Positions 10,701-25,700 of a stretch of 64,000 nucleotides of DNA are shown piece after piece. The notes below the pieces were generated by a model. It saw nothing but the letters and a program-made list of their open reading frames with translations. It was not told the DNA's origin and did no database searches. Source of the DNA: the human T2T-CHM13v2.0 reference genome, Homo sapiens; NCBI RefSeq assembly GCF_009914755.1, contig NC_060932.1. The stretch is one strand, 5' to 3'. Position 1 is the stretch's first letter. Every line of letters begins with the position of its first letter. The position numbers were made by a program, and so were the translations under genes.

Positions 10701-13700
10701 CGCAAGGGGGCTGGAAATTTCTCCCTTCAGAGTGGACCTGGAAGGCTTGGAAGCATCTGGAGAAGGGCATGGCCACGAGTAGAGAAATCCAGGCTACAGG
10801 CAGAAGTGGGAGGAAGCGAGAGAGGAAGACTCATGGAAAGCCTTGCTGCACTCGCCAAAAGAGCTGCCCTCGGACTCAAGAGGGCCACGTTCAATGCCAA
10901 CCTGACATAAGGTAGTCACCTCTGGAGCACTTGTGGCCTGGGGCAAAAACACAGCTGGATTGAAGGAAGAGTTTTCCCTGTTCCCAGAGGGGCACTGACT
11001 GGAAATGAGCATGAAGGTGGGGTCCCTAAAGGGCCACAGAACGAGGCCCTATGCAGGTGTCGGTACAGACTGCCCCAAAAGCCCCCTGAGAAGTTGGTCC
11101 TGGGGTGTAAGAGGAAGGCACAGTGAAGAGCAGGAGTGAAAGCTGCTTCAGCACTTTGGAGCAGGAAGGAAAGGAAGTGAGATACAGTTGGAAGAGGGCG
11201 AAGCGGGCAACCTGAGGGATGGAGTGCAGGGTTTGACCTTCGATTCTGGATCTCCTCCATTAGCAGGCTTCCGGGGTGGCGTTGTTGCCTCTCTGCCGAT
11301 CCTTCCTTCGGGTGGGGCTGTCGACTGGCACCACGGCCTGTCAGACCGTGGGCGGGGGGCGTTGCAGGCACAGTGCGGTTCCTAGTCTTAGGCATGCTCA
11401 CTTGAGGCGTTCTTCCCCTACCTGTCGACTGATCTCAGAGGAAGGAGACTGAGCTGCTCAGCCCTGCCGGTGTGGCTGGCAGGGTGTCCCGCATTAGCCC
11501 ATGTGCCCGACTCCTGGGATCTTACAGGGAGGCTGCTGATGTCCACCTTCCAGTGCTTCCGTCCGTTGGGAGCCTGCCCTTCCTTGGCGCCGGCCGGCCG
11601 TGAGCGGTTATCCTCCATAGATAGGGTTCAAGAACCGCCCAACCGACACCTCATGGTCATCTGACATTCCTGGTGGTGGTAGGGGGACCCCCTGGTTCCA
11701 TGCTCACATCAGACCAGCTACCTCGAGTGACAGGAACGTCTGACAGGATTGCACATGTGGCAGAAGAGCATCCGAGAAGGATGAAGGTTTGGCAGAAGAA
11801 ACACCTGCCAGATCAGACGTGAATGTGTGGCAGAAGGCCCATCTGGGAAGATTGCACACTGGGCAGAAGGAAGAGCTAAGAACGTTGTACAGACAGCGGA
11901 AGGAGTGCCTGTGGAGATTGCCCGGTGGGCGGTGGTAGCATCTGAGAGGATTGCGGGGTGGGAGGGAGGATGAGCTGGGAAGGATGCAAGGCCTGGGGAG
12001 GCAACATGTGAAGACGATTAAATATGTGGCAGGAGAAACACCTGAGAAGATGGGATGCTTGGCAAGGGGAACAAGGTCCGGAATGGAGTGTTCAGGAGAA
12101 GAGACGCTTAGGGAGATTGCATGTGTGGCAGAAGGAACACGTGAGAAGGTTGCCATGGTGGACAGCAGAAAAATTGCAGCCGATGGCACAGCGGTGGGGA
12201 GGAAAACATAGGAAGCTTGCAAGCGCGTGGCCTGCGAAAGAAGCATCTGAAGAGATGGCATGTCTGGCAGAGGACACATTGGGCAAGATTCCACGTTTGG
12301 CAGCAGGCCCGTGAGCGGCGACAGACGCGTATGGGCCTGTGGCAACCTCGGTTCCTGCCTCCTGAGAAGAAAGACATCGAGTGGCACACGGTAGAGTGAG
12401 AGACCGTGGCACGCATTAGAGCAGGGGCGAAAGTTCCTGAAATGGTATCGTGGCAGGAGCCAAAGGAAGTCAAGGAGGCTTGGAAGAGGCCCAGGTGGGC
12501 GGTGACCTGAGAGGTGGAGTACAGGACTGGACCTTGGACTCAGGGTCTCCCGCGTCGGCAGCATCGCTGCCTGTCCTCTGATGCTTCCCTCGGCGGGGAA
12601 GAGGGGGCTGTTCACTAGCACAGTGGCCTGTCACCATCTCATGGGGGCGCGGAGGCGCCGTGTGCTTACTGGAGTTGTTCTCATGCTCTCTTGAGGCGTT
12701 CGTCCCACAAGCAGATGAATGTGCCCAGGGGAAAACATCCCAGATCAGTGAACCTTCCACCAGTTTGCCTCTCAGGGTGCACGTATGAGCCCATTCACCC
12801 AACTCCCGAGGTGTGCTGGGGAGGCTTCTGAGGTTCGTGACTGCTGTCGGGGAGGGGGACTGCCTTTCCCTGGTGCTGCCTGTGATCAGTGATTTCTCTA
12901 GAGAGTCTGCTTCGTGACCACCGGGCCATCACCTTGTGGCTGCCTGATGTTTACTGGTGGTGGGGAACCCTCTCGGGCCCCGCTCCACACGTGTGACTGA
13001 GAGGGACACCTGACAGGATTGAACGCGTGGCAGATCATCCGACGAGATGGAGTGTCTGGTGGAAGGAACATCTGACAGCCCTGAGCGTGTGGCAGAGGGA
13101 ACATCTAAGCAGACTGCAGCGATTTCAGAAGGAACGGCTAAGAACATCGCATGGTCAGCAGGAGGAAACCTTAGGGTAGGGTGATTGCAGGGGTGCTGGG
13201 GGGCAAGGGAACCCGTGAGAAGACTGCGGGATCAGCAGTTGGATGCCCTAGGGAGATTGCAAGGCCTGCCCAAGAGACATCTGGGTAGAGGAAGTATTGG
13301 GCCCATGGTGCGCCAGACAAAACTGAATGCTTGTCAGGGGAAGAAGTGGACGCAACTGGCTGTTTGGCAGAGGGAACCCTCAGGTAGATTGCACGTTTGG
13401 CAGAAGGCCCAAGTGTGAAGATGACATGGTAGACAGCAGAAACCCTTTAGCAGGTCGCACGGTGGGCAGAAGGAACCTCTGAGCAGATTCCATGGTGGGC
13501 AGACGGAATGCCTAGGAAGAGTGCGTGGCTTGCAAAGGAAGCATCTGGAAAGAGGGAACATCTGGGAGAGAAAACATCCACCAAGATGGAGCGTTTGGCG
13601 GTAGGGATGTCAGCGGTGGCAGATCCATAGGGGCCTGCAGGCAGCAACCCGAGCTCTCACCTCATCAGAGGGAGTTTAACTGAGGGGCGTGAGGCGGAGT

Positions 13701-16700
13701 GAAAGAGACCGAGGCCTCTTTGAGCGCAGGAGTGCAGGTCTCCCAGATGGTACCAGAGCAGAAAGACGAGGCAGTAAGGTATACTTGGAAGAGGGCCATG
13801 TGGGCAACTGGAGAGGTCGGGGGCACGCTTTGTTCGACCTTTGAGGCGAGGTCTCACACATTGGCAGGCTTCCAAGAGCCAGGGGTTGCATTGCTTCCTC
13901 CCCTGAGCCTTTTCTCAGGGTGGGCCATCCACATGGGCAGTGGCCTGTCATCACCTGGGAGGGACCGCAGGCGTGGCGTGTTTCCTGGAGTCATAGGGGC
14001 GCTCACATGAGGCGTGCCTCCCTTGGCAGTCGGATGTTGCCTGGGGAGGGTCGTAGGACAGTAAAACCCGGCCGGTTTGCCTGTGAGTGTGCAAGCATGA
14101 GCCCCGTCACGCGCCCCCTGAGATCTTCTCAGGGAGCTGCTAATCGCCACCTTCCGGGGTTTCTGTCTGTCTGGGGGACCGCCCGTCCCTGGCACCGGCT
14201 CCCGGCAATCATTTATTATTTGAGACAGGTAGTTTAATGGCAGCCTGACCCGTCGCCTCCTGGTCGCCTGATGTGTCTGGTGGGGTGTGGGCGTGGCCCT
14301 CTCCTGCGCTGCTCCTGTCTGACCAGCCGCCCACGGTAACACAGAAACATCTGGCAGGATGGAGTGGTTGGCGGAAGACACATCTGACGAGATCGAATGT
14401 TTTGCAGAAGAGCCATGTGACGGGATCCGTGGTTTGGCAGAGGAGACATGCGAGAAGACGGAACGTTTTGTCCGAATAGACATCTGGCAGGGTGGAACGG
14501 AGAGAACAGGTATGGTGGAGAGAACGTCTGAGAAGGTCGCAGGATTCGCAGGAGCATCGGGAAAAGATTGCCTGCTTGCCCGAAGGAATGGCAAGTTCCA
14601 AAGGTCAGAGGCTCGCGTGAACTCTGTCGGGTTCGAGAGCAGCTCAGTGTTGCTGGTGGCAAGAGTGTGGTACGGGAATGGTTGGGTGTGGTTTGAATGT
14701 CTAGAAAAGGCGAGCTGAGGGTAGATTTTTGAGCAGTCCAGAGCAGAAGGGGTAGAGGATATATTCTGTGGGCCACGGCCACATTCTCAGGATGCTCGTG
14801 GCTGTAAATAGTAGATGACCCAAGTAAGAGCGGCTGAAGCCATAGGCACCAGAATTGTGTCAGCATCGTCGTGTCATGCTCATGTTTTCCCTTCCAGCTG
14901 TGCTGTGGGCAGTGTTTAGTTCATGTCTGCTTTGCTGGCGGGCCGAGTAGCAACAGCTGCAGTTGGTGTGTTCTCTGAAGGCAGTATCCGAAGGCTGGAG
15001 GGGTTGCTTTTCTTCCCAGGTGTCTTTTGAAGAGGCAGTCAAGTCAGCAGCTCGCGGTGACCTTCTGGTAACATCGTATGGGCTGGGTTACAGCACATGC
15101 CGACTGCTAAGCCGGTCACTGGGGAAAACCATGTGATTGCTGTGATGAGCTTAGAATGATCATTCCTCCTTCGGGAGCTGGGGTGGGTTGAGGGAGTGAT
15201 AAAGATCCCGATAACCTTGCATTTCTCCAGCGAGAAAGAAGAAAGAAATTCCGTGGATAGGGAGCCAGCCAGGTTTCCTGCAGAAAATCATGGGAAGCTT
15301 TTGAGCAGGGGAGTCAGAAGATGAGCGGTGAGTATTAGGGCTTTCCGGTCACGGTGTGACACAGGGATTGGCCAGCTCTTCCTGTAAAGGGCCAGGTGGG
15401 AAGCACTCGTAGGCCCCGTGGTCTCTGTCGTGTCTGCTGAAGCCTGCCGTAGTAGCGTGGAAGCAGTCAGAGATGACGTGTAAGCAAATGGTGCCGACTG
15501 ACCTCCGGTAAAGCATTGATTCCGGAAGCATTTAACAGACCTAACAACCTTTCAAACCGCATGGCGTTTCTTTCCCGGATCCCGTTTCAGGAACGTTTCT
15601 GTTGGCTTACAAGGACCGTCTCCAACATGCTTAGGCTCTGTGAACTTTCCCAGGATCCTGAGTAGGGTATCCGCCATTCGTCCTTAGGGCTCCGGGATGT
15701 CTCGTTCTTACTGTGTCCCTGCCAACCCTGGTCCCATCTCGTCATGATCACCCACTGCAGAAGAGAGGAGGTGCTAGAGTGAACAGGGTCAGGGGAGCCC
15801 CGTTCATCCCCAGGGTCCCAGAATGAACCAGTGTTACCATGTACCCCTGCCCTTGCCTTCCTCCCTGCTCTAATGGCCGTGTGTTAGCCGGAGATCAGTT
15901 TGGGTCTGGGTGCTATGGGTCTGTTGCGCCTGTGGCCTTGGTCCGGCCTCTGTCCTTGTCTCTGTGAAATGAGAGTGACTGTGCCTGAGAGCGTTCCAGC
16001 AAGACAATGATGATCTCCACTGTCTGATTCCCGCTTCCCAGGTTCTCACAGTAGACGAGGAGCCTGTTTTTCAGCTAGCTGCCGCAAGGGGGCTGGAAAT
16101 TTCTCCCTTCAGAGTGGACCTGGAAGGCTTGGAAGCATCTGGAGAAGGGCATGGCCACGAGTAGAGAAATCCAGGCTACAGGCAGAAGTGGGAGGAAGCG
16201 AGAGAGGAAGACTCATGGAAAGCCTTGCTGCACTCGCCAAAAGAGCTGCCCTCGGACTCAAGAGGGCCACGTTCAATGCCAACCTGACATAAGGTAGTCA
16301 CCTCTGGAGCACTTGTGGCCTGGGGCAAAAACACAGCTGGATTGAAGGAAGAGTCTTCCCTGTTCCCAGAGGGGCACTGACTGGAAATGAGCATGAAGGT
16401 GGGGTCCCTAAAGGGCCACAGAACGAGGCCCTATGCAGGTGTCGGTACAGACTGCCCCAAAAGCCCCCTGAGAAGTTGGTCCTGGGGTGTAAGAGGAAGG
16501 CACAGTGAAGAGCAGGAGTGAAAGCTGCTTCAGCACTTTGGAGCAGGAAGGAAAGGAAGTGAGATACAGTTGGAAGAGGGCGAAGCGGGCAACCTGAGGG
16601 ATGGAGTGCAGGGTTTGACCTTCGATTCTGGATCTCCTCCATTAGCAGGCTTCCGGGGTGGCGTTGTTGCCTCTCTGCCGATCCTTCCTTCGGGTGGGGC

Positions 16701-19700
16701 TGTCGACTGGCACCACGGCCTGTCAGACCGTGGGCGGGGGGCGTTGCAGGCACAGTGCGGTTCCTAGTCTTAGGCATGCTCACTTGAGGCGTTCTTCCCC
16801 TACCTGTCGACTGATCTCAGAGGAAGGAGACTGAGCTGCTCAGCCCTGCCGGTGTGGCTGGCAGGGTGTCCCGCATTAGCCCATGTGCCCGACTCCTGGG
16901 ATCTTACAGGGAGGCTGCTGATGTCCACCTTCCAGTGCTTCCGTCCGTTGGGAGCCTGCCCTTCCTTGGCGCCGGCCGGCCGTGAGCGGTTATCCTCCAT
17001 AGATAGGGTTCAAGAACCGCCCAACCGTCACCTCATGGTCATCTGACATTCCTGGTGGTGGTAGGGGGACCCCCTGGTTCCATGCTCACATCAGACCAGC
17101 TACCTCGAGTGACAGGAACGTCTGACAGGATTGCACATGTGGCAGAAGAGCATCCGAGAAGGATGAAGGTTTGGCAGAAGAAACACCTGCCAGATCAGAC
17201 GTGAATGTGTGGCAGAAAGCCCATCTGGGAAGATTGCACACTGGGCAGAAGGAAGAGCTAAGAACGTTGTACAGACAGCGGAAGGAGTGCCTGTGGAGAT
17301 TGCCCGGTGGGCGGTGGTAGCATCTGAGAGGATTGCGGGGTGGGAGGGAGGATGAGCTGGGAAGGATGCAAGGCCTGGGGAGGCAACATGTGAAGACGAT
17401 TAAATATGTGGCAGGAGAAACACCTGAGAAGATGGGATGCTTGGCAAGGGGAACAAGGCCCGGAATGGAGTGTTCGGGAGAAGAGACGCTTAGGGAGATT
17501 GCATGTGTGGCAGAAGGAACACGTGAGAAGGTTGCCATGGTGGACAGCAGAAAAATTGCAGCCGATGGCACAGCGGTGGGGAGGAAAACATAGGAAGCTT
17601 GCAAGCGCGTGGCCTGCGAAAGAAGCATCTGAAGAGATGGCATGTCTGGCAGAGGACACATTGGGCAAGATTCCACGTTTGGCAGCAGGCCCGTGAGCGG
17701 CGACAGACGCGTATGGGCCTGTGGCAACCTCGGTTCCTGCCTCCTGAGAAGAAAGACATCGAGTGGCACACGGTAGAGTGAGAGACCGAGGCACGCATTA
17801 GAGCAGGGGCGAAAGTTCCTGAAATGGTATCGTGGCAGGAGCCAAAGGAAGTCAAGGAGGCTTGGAAGAGGCCCAGGTGGGCGGTGACCTGAGAGGTGGA
17901 GTACAGGACTGGACCTTGGACTCAGGGTCTCCCGCGTCGGCAGCATCGCTGCCTGTCCTCTGATGCTTCCCTCGGCGGGGAAGAGGGGGCTGTTCACTAG
18001 CACAGTGGCCTGTCACCATCTCATGGGGGCGCGGAGGCGCCGTGTGCTTACTGGAGTTGTTCTCATGCTCTCTTGAGGCGTTCGTCCCACAAGCAGATGA
18101 ATGTGCCCAGGGGAAAACATCCCAGATCAGTGAACCTTCCACCAGTTTGCCTCTCAGGGTGCACGTGTGAGCCCATTCACCCAACTCCCGAGGTGTGCTG
18201 GGGAGGCTTCTGAGGTTCGTGACTGCTGTGGGGGAGGGGGACTGCCTTTCCCTGGTGCTGCCTGTGATCAGTGATTTCTCTAGAGAGTCTGCTTCGTGAC
18301 CACCGGGCCATCACCTTGCGGCTGCCTGATGTTTACTGGTGGTGGGGAACCCTCTCGGGCCCCGCTCCACACGTGTGACTGAGAGGGACACCTGACAGGA
18401 TTGAACGCGTGGCAGATCATCCGACGAGATGGAGTGTCTGGTGGAAGGAACATCTGACAGCCCTGAGCGTGTGGCAGAGGGAACATCTAAGCAGACTGCA
18501 GCGATTTCAGAAGGAACGGCTAAGAACATCGCATGGTCAGCAGGAGGAAACCTTAGGGTAGGGTGATTGCAGGGGTGCTGGGGGGCAAGGGAACCCGTGA
18601 GAAGACTGCGGGATCAGCAGTTGGATGCCCTAGGGAGATTGCAAGGCCTGCCCAAGAGACATCTGGGTAGAGGAAGTATTGGGCCCATGGTGCGCCAGAC
18701 AAAACTGAATGCTTGTCAGGGGAAGAAGTGGACGCAACTGGCTGTTTGGCAGAGGGAACCCTCAGGTAGATTGCACGTTTGGCAGAAGGCCCAAGTGTGA
18801 AGATGACATGGTAGACAGCAGAAACCCTTTAGCAGGTCGCACGGTGGGCAGAAGGAACCTCTGAGCAGATTCCATGGTGGGCAGACGGAATGCCTAGGAA
18901 GAGTGCGTGGCTTGCAAAGGAAGCATCTGGAAAGAGGGAACATCTGGGAGAGAAAACATCCACCAAGATGGAGCGTTTGGCGGTAGGGATGTCAGCGGTG
19001 GCAGATCCATAGGGGCCTGCAGGCAGCAACCCGAGCTCTCACCTCATCAGAGGGAGTTTAACTGAGGGGCGTGAGGCGGAGTGAAAGAGACCGAGGCCTC
19101 TTTGAGCGCAGGAGTGCAGGTCTCCCAGATGGTACCAGAGCAGAAAGACGAGGCAGTAAGGTATACTTGGAAGAGGGCCATGTGGGCAACTGGAGAGGTC
19201 GGGGGCACGCTTTGTTCGACCTTTGAGGCGAGGTCTCACACATTGGCAGGCTTCCAAGAGCCAGGGGTTGCATTGCTTCCTCCCCTGAGCCTTTTCTCAG
19301 GGTGGGCCATCCACATGGGCAGTGGCCTGTCATCACCTGGGAGGGACCGCAGGCGTGGCGTGTTTCCTGGAGTCATAGGGGCGCTCACATGAGGCGTGCC
19401 TCCCTTGGCAGTCGGATGTTGCCTGGGGAGGGTCGTAGGACAGTAAAACCCGGCCGGTTTGCCTGTGAGTGTGCAAGCATGGGCCCCGTCACGCGCCCCC
19501 TGAGATCTTCTCAGGGAGCTGCTAATCGCCACCTTCCGGGGTTTCTGTCTGTCTGGGGGACCGCCCGTCCCTGGCACCGGCTCCCGGCAATCATTTATTA
19601 TTTGAGACAGGTAGTTTAATGGCAGCCTGACCCGTCGCCTCCTGGTCGCCTGATGTGTCTGGTGGGGTGTGGGCGTGGCCCTCTCCTGCGCTGCTCCTGT

Positions 19701-22700
19701 CTGACCAGCCGCCCACGGTAACACAGAAACATCTGGCAGGATGGAGTGGTTGGCGGAAGACACATCTGACGAGATCGAATGTTTTGCAGAAGAGCCATGT
19801 GACGGGATCCGTGGTTTGGCAGAGGAGACATGCGAGAAGACGGAACGTTTTGTCCGAATAGACATCTGGCAGGGTGGAACGGAGAGAACAGGTATGGTGG
19901 AGAGAACGTCTGAGAAGGTCGCAGGATTCGCAGGAGCATCGGGAAAAGATTGCCTGCTTGCCCGAAGGAATGGCAAGTTCCAAAGGTCAGAGGCTCGCGT
20001 GAACTCTGTCGGGTTCGAGAGCAGCTCAGTGTTGCTGGTGGCAAGAGTGTGGTACGGGAATGGTTGGGTGTGGTTTGAATGTCTAGAAAAGGCGAGCTGA
20101 GGGTAGATTTTTGAGCAGTCCAGAGCAGAAGGGGTAGAGGATATATTCTGTGGGCCACGGCCACATTCTCAGGATGCTCGTGGCTGTAAATAGTAGATGA
20201 CCCAAGTAAGAGCGGCTGAAGCCATAGGCACCAGAATTGTGTCAGCATCGTCGTGTCATGCTCATGTTTTCCCTTCCAGCTGTGCTGTGGGCAGTGTTTA
20301 GTTCATGTCTGCTTTGCTGGCGGGCCGAGTAGCAACAGCTGCAGTTGGTGTGTTCTCTGAAGGCAGTATCCGAAGGCTGGAGGGGTTGCTTTTCTTCCCA
20401 GGTGTCTTTTGAAGAGGCAGTCAAGTCAGCAGCTCGCGGTGACCTTCTGGTAACATCGTATGGGCTGGGTTACAGCACATGCCGACTGCTAAGCCGGTCA
20501 CTGGGGAAAACCATGTGATTGCTGTGATGAGCTTAGAATGATCATTCCTCCTTCGGGAGCTGGGGTGGGTTGAGGGAGTGATAAAGATCCCGATAACCTT
20601 GCATTTCTCCAGCGAGAAAGAAGAAAGAAATTCCGTGGATAGGGAGCCAGCCAGGTTTCCTGCAGAAAATCATGGGAAGCTTTTGAGCAGGGGAGTCAGA
20701 AGATGAGCGGTGAGTATTAGGGCTTTCCGGTCACGGTGTGACACAGGGATTGGCCAGCTCTTCCTGTAAAGGGCCAGGTGGGAAGCACTCGTAGGCCCTG
20801 TGGTCTCTGTCGTGTCTGCTGAAGCCTGCCATAGTAGCGTGGAAGCAGTCAGAGATGACGTGTAAGCAAATGGTCCCGACTGACCTCCGGTAAAGCATTG
20901 ATTCCGGAAGCATTTAACAGACCTAACAACCTTTCAAACCGCATGGCGTTTCTTTCCCGGATCCCGTTTCAGGAACGTTTCTGTTGGCTTACAAGGACCG
21001 TCTCCAACATGCTTAGGCTCTGTGAACTTTCCCAGGATCCTGAGTAGGGTATCCGCCATTCGTCCTTAGGGCTCCGGGATGTCTCGTTCTTACTGTGTCC
21101 CTGCCAACCCTGGTCCCATCTCGTCATGATCACCCACTGCAGAAGAGAGGAGGTGCTAGAGTGAACAGGGTCAGGGGAGCCCCGTTCATCCCCAGGGTCC
21201 CAGAATGAACCAGTGTTACCATGTACCCCTGCCCTTGCCTTCCTCCCTGCTCTAATGGCCGTGTGTTAGCCGGAGATCAGTTTGGGTCTGGGTGCTATGG
21301 GTCTGTTGCGCCTGTGGCCTTGGTCCGGCCTCTGTCCTTGTCTCTGTGAAATGAGAGTGACTGTGCCTGAGAGCGTTCCAGCAAGACAATGATGATCTCC
21401 ACTGTCTGATTCCCGCTTCCCAGGTTCTCACAGTAGACGAGGAGCCTGTTTTTCAGCTAGCTGCCGCAAGGGGGCTGGAAATTTCTCCCTTCAGAGTGGA
21501 CCTGGAAGGCTTGGAAGCATCTGGAGAAGGGCATGGCCACGAGTAGAGAAATCCAGGCTACAGGCAGAAGTGGGAGGAAGCGAGAGAGGAAGACTCATGG
21601 AAAGCCTTGCTGCACTCGCCAAAAGAGCTGCCCTCGGACTCAAGAGGGCCACGTTCAATGCCAACCTGACATAAGGTAGTCACCTCTGGAGCACTTGTGG
21701 CCTGGGGCAAAAACACAGCTGGATTGAAGGAAGAGTCTTCCCTGTTCCCAGAGGGGCACTGACTGGAAATGAGCATGAAGGTGGGGTCCCTAAAGGGCCA
21801 CAGAACGAGGCCCTATGCAGGTGTCGGTACAGACTGCCCCAAAAGCCCCCTGAGAAGTTGGTCCTGGGGTGTAAGAGGAAGGCACAGTGAAGAGCAGGAG
21901 TGAAAGCTGCTTCAGCACTTTGGAGCAGGAAGGAAAGGAAGTGAGATACAGTTGGAAGAGGGCGAAGCGGGCAACCTGAGGGATGGAGTGCAGGGTTTGA
22001 CCTTCGATTCTGGATCTCCTCCATTAGCAGGCTTCCGGGGTGGCGTTGTTGCCTCTCTGCCGATCCTTCCTTCGGGTGGGGCTGTCGACTGGCACCACGG
22101 CCTGTCAGACCGTGGGCGGGGGGCGTTGCAGGCACAGTGCGGTTCCTAGTCTTAGGCATGCTCACTTGAGGCGTTCTTCCCCTACCTGTCGACTGATCTC
22201 AGAGGAAGGAGACTGAGCTGCTCAGCCCTGCCGGTGTGGCTGGCAGGGTGTCCCGCATTAGCCCATGTGCCCGACTCCTGGGATCTTACAGGGAGGCTGC
22301 TGATGTCCACCTTCCAGTGCTTCCGTCCGTTGGGAGCCTGCCCTTCCTTGGCGCCGGCCGGCCGTGAGCGGTTATCCTCCATAGATAGGGTTCAAGAACC
22401 GCCCAACCGTCACCTCATGGTCATCTGACATTCCTGGTGGTGGTAGGGGGACCCCCTGGTTCCATGCTCACATCAGACCAGCTACCTCGAGTGACAGGAA
22501 CGTCTGACAGGATTGCACATGTGGCAGAAGAGCATCCGAGAAGGATGAAGGTTTGGCAGAAGAAACACCTGCCAGATCAGACGTGAATGTGTGGCAGAAG
22601 GCCCATCTGGGAAGATTGCACACTGGGCAGAAGGAAGAGCTAAGAACGTTGTACAGACAGCGGAAGGAGTGCCTGTGGAGATTGCCCGGTGGGCGGTGGT

Positions 22701-25700
22701 AGCATCTGAGAGGATTGCGGGGTGGGAGGGAGGATGAGCTGGGAAGGATGCAAGGCCTGGGGAGGCAACATGTGAAGACGATTAAATATGTGGCAGGAGA
22801 AACACCTGAGAAGATGGGATGCTTGGCAAGGGGAACAAGGCCCGGAATGGAGTGTTCGGGAGAAGAGACGCTTAGGGAGATTGCATGTGTGGCAGAAGGA
22901 ACACGTGAGAAGGTTGCCATGGTGGACAGCAGAAAAATTGCAGCCGATGGCACAGCGGTGGGGAGGAAAACATAGGAAGCTTGCAAGCGCGTGGCCTGCG
23001 AAAGAAGCATCTGAAGAGATGGCATGTCTGGCAGAGGACACATTGGGCAAGATTCCACGTTTGGCAGCAGGCCCGTGAGCGGCGACAGACGCGTATGGGC
23101 CTGTGGCAACCTCGGTTCCTGCCTCCTGAGAAGAAAGACATCGAGTGGCACACGGTAGAGTGAGAGACCGAGGCACGCATTAGAGCAGGGGCGAAAGTTC
23201 CTGAAATGGTATCGTGGCAGGAGCCAAAGGAAGTCAAGGAGGCTTGGAAGAGGCCCAGGTGGGCGGTGACCTGAGAGGTGGAGTACAGGACTGGACCTTG
23301 GACTCAGGGTCTCCCGCGTCGGCAGCATCGCTGCCTGTCCTCTGATGCTTCCCTCGGCGGGGAAGAGGGGGCTGTTCACTAGCACAGTGGCCTGTCACCA
23401 TCTCATGGGGGCGCGGAGGCGCCGTGTGCTTACTGGAGTTGTTCTCATGCTCTCTTGAGGCGTTCCTCCCACAAGCAGATGAATGTGCCCAGGGGAAAAC
23501 ATCCCAGATCAGTGAACCTTCCACCAGTTTGCCTCTCAGGGTGCACGTGTGAGCCCATTCACCCAACTCCCGAGGTGTGCTGGGGAGGCTTCTGAGGTTC
23601 GTGACTGCTGTGGGGGAGGGGGACTGCCTTTCCCTGGTGCTGCCTGTGATCAGTGATTTCTCTAGAGAGTCTGCTTCGTGACCACCGGGCCATCACCTTG
23701 CGGCTGCCTGATGTTTACTGGTGGTGGGGAACCCTCTCGGGCCCCGCTCCACACGTGTGACTGAGAGGGACACCTGACAGGATTGAACGCGTGGCAGATC
23801 ATCCGACGAGATGGAGTGTCTGGTGGAAGGAACATCTGACAGCCCTGAGCGTGTGGCAGAGGGAACATCTAAGCAGACTGCAGCGATTTCAGAAGGAACG
23901 GCTAAGAACATCGCATGGTCAGCAGGAGGAAACCTTAGGGTAGGGTGATTGCAGGGGTGCTGGGGGGCAAGGGAACCCGTGAGAAGACTGCGGGATCAGC
24001 AGTTGGATGCCCTAGGGAGATTGCAAGGCCTGCCCAAGAGACATCTGGGTAGAGGAAGTATTGGGCCCATGGTGCGCCAGACAAAACTGAATGCTTGTCA
24101 GGGGAAGAAGTGGACGCAACTGGCTGTTTGGCAGAGGGAACCCTCAGGTAGATTGCACGTTTGGCAGAAGGCCCAAGTGTGAAGATGACATGGTAGACAG
24201 CAGAAACCCTTTAGCAGGTCGCACGGTGGGCAGAAGGAACCTCTGAGCAGATTCCATGGTGGGCAGACGGAATGCCTAGGAAGAGTGCGTGGCTTGCAAA
24301 GGAAGCATCTGGAAAGAGGGAACATCTGGGAGAGAAAACATCCACCAAGATGGAGCGTTTGGCGGTAGGGATGTCAGCGGTGGCAGATCCATAGGGGCCT
24401 GCAGGCAGCAACCCGAGCTCTCACCTCATCAGAGGGAGTTTAACTGAGGGGCGTGAGGCGGAGTGAAAGAGACCGAGGCCTCTTTGAGCGCAGGAGTGCA
24501 GGTCTCCCAGATGGTACCAGAGCAGAAAGACGAGGCAGTAAGGTATACTTGGAAGAGGGCCATGTGGGCAACTGGAGAGGTCGGGGGCACGCTTTGTTCG
24601 ACCTTTGAGGCGAGGTCTCACACATTGGCAGGCTTCCAAGAGCCAGGGGTTGCATTGCTTCCTCCCCTGAGCCTTTTCTCAGGGTGGGCCATCCACATGG
24701 GCAGTGGCCTGTCATCACCTGGGAGGGACCGCAGGCGTGGCGTGTTTCCTGGAGTCATAGGGGCGCTCACATGAGGCGTGCCTCCCTTGGCAGTCGGATG
24801 TTGCCTGGGGAGGGTCGTAGGACAGTAAAACCCGGCCGGTTTGCCTGTGAGTGTGCAAGCATGAGCCCCGTCACGCGCCCCCTGAGATCTTCTCAGGGAG
24901 CTGCTAATCGCCACCTTCCGGGGTTTCTGTCTGTCTGGGGGACCGCCCGTCCCTGGCACCGGCTCCCGGCAATCATTTATTATTTGAGACAGGTAGTTTA
25001 ATGGCAGCCTGACCGGTCGCCTCCTGGTCGCCTGATGTGTCTGGTGGGGTGTGGGCGTGGCCCTCTCCTGCGCTGCTCCTGTCTGACCAGCCGCCCACGG
25101 TAACACAGAAACATCTGGCAGGATGGAGTGGTTGGCGGAAGACACATCTGACGAGATCGAATGTTTTGCAGAAGAGCCATGTGACGGGATCCGTGGTTTG
25201 GCAGAGGAGACATGCGAGAAGACGGAACGTTTTGTCCGAATAGACATCTGGCAGGGTGGAACGGAGAGAACAGGTATGGTGGAGAGAACGTCTGAGAAGG
25301 TCGCAGGATTCGCAGGAGCATCGGGAAAAGATTGCCTGCTTGCCCGAAGGAATGGCAAGTTCCAAAGGTCAGAGGCTCGCGTGAACTCTGTCGGGTTCGA
25401 GAGCAGCTCAGTGTTGCTGGTGGCAAGAGTGTGGTACGGGAATGGTTGGGTGTGGTTTGAATGTCTAGAAAAGGCGAGCTGAGGGTAGATTTTTGAGTGG
25501 TCCAGAGCAGAAGGGGTAGAGGATATATTCTGTGGGCCACGGCCACATTCTCAGGATGCTCGTGGCTGTAAATAGTAGATGACCCAAGTAAGAGCGGCTG
25601 AAGCCATAGGCACCAGAATTGTGTCAGCATCGTCGTGTCATGCTCATGTTTTCCCTTCCAGCTGTGCTGTGGGCAGTGTTTAGTTCATGTCTGCTTTGCT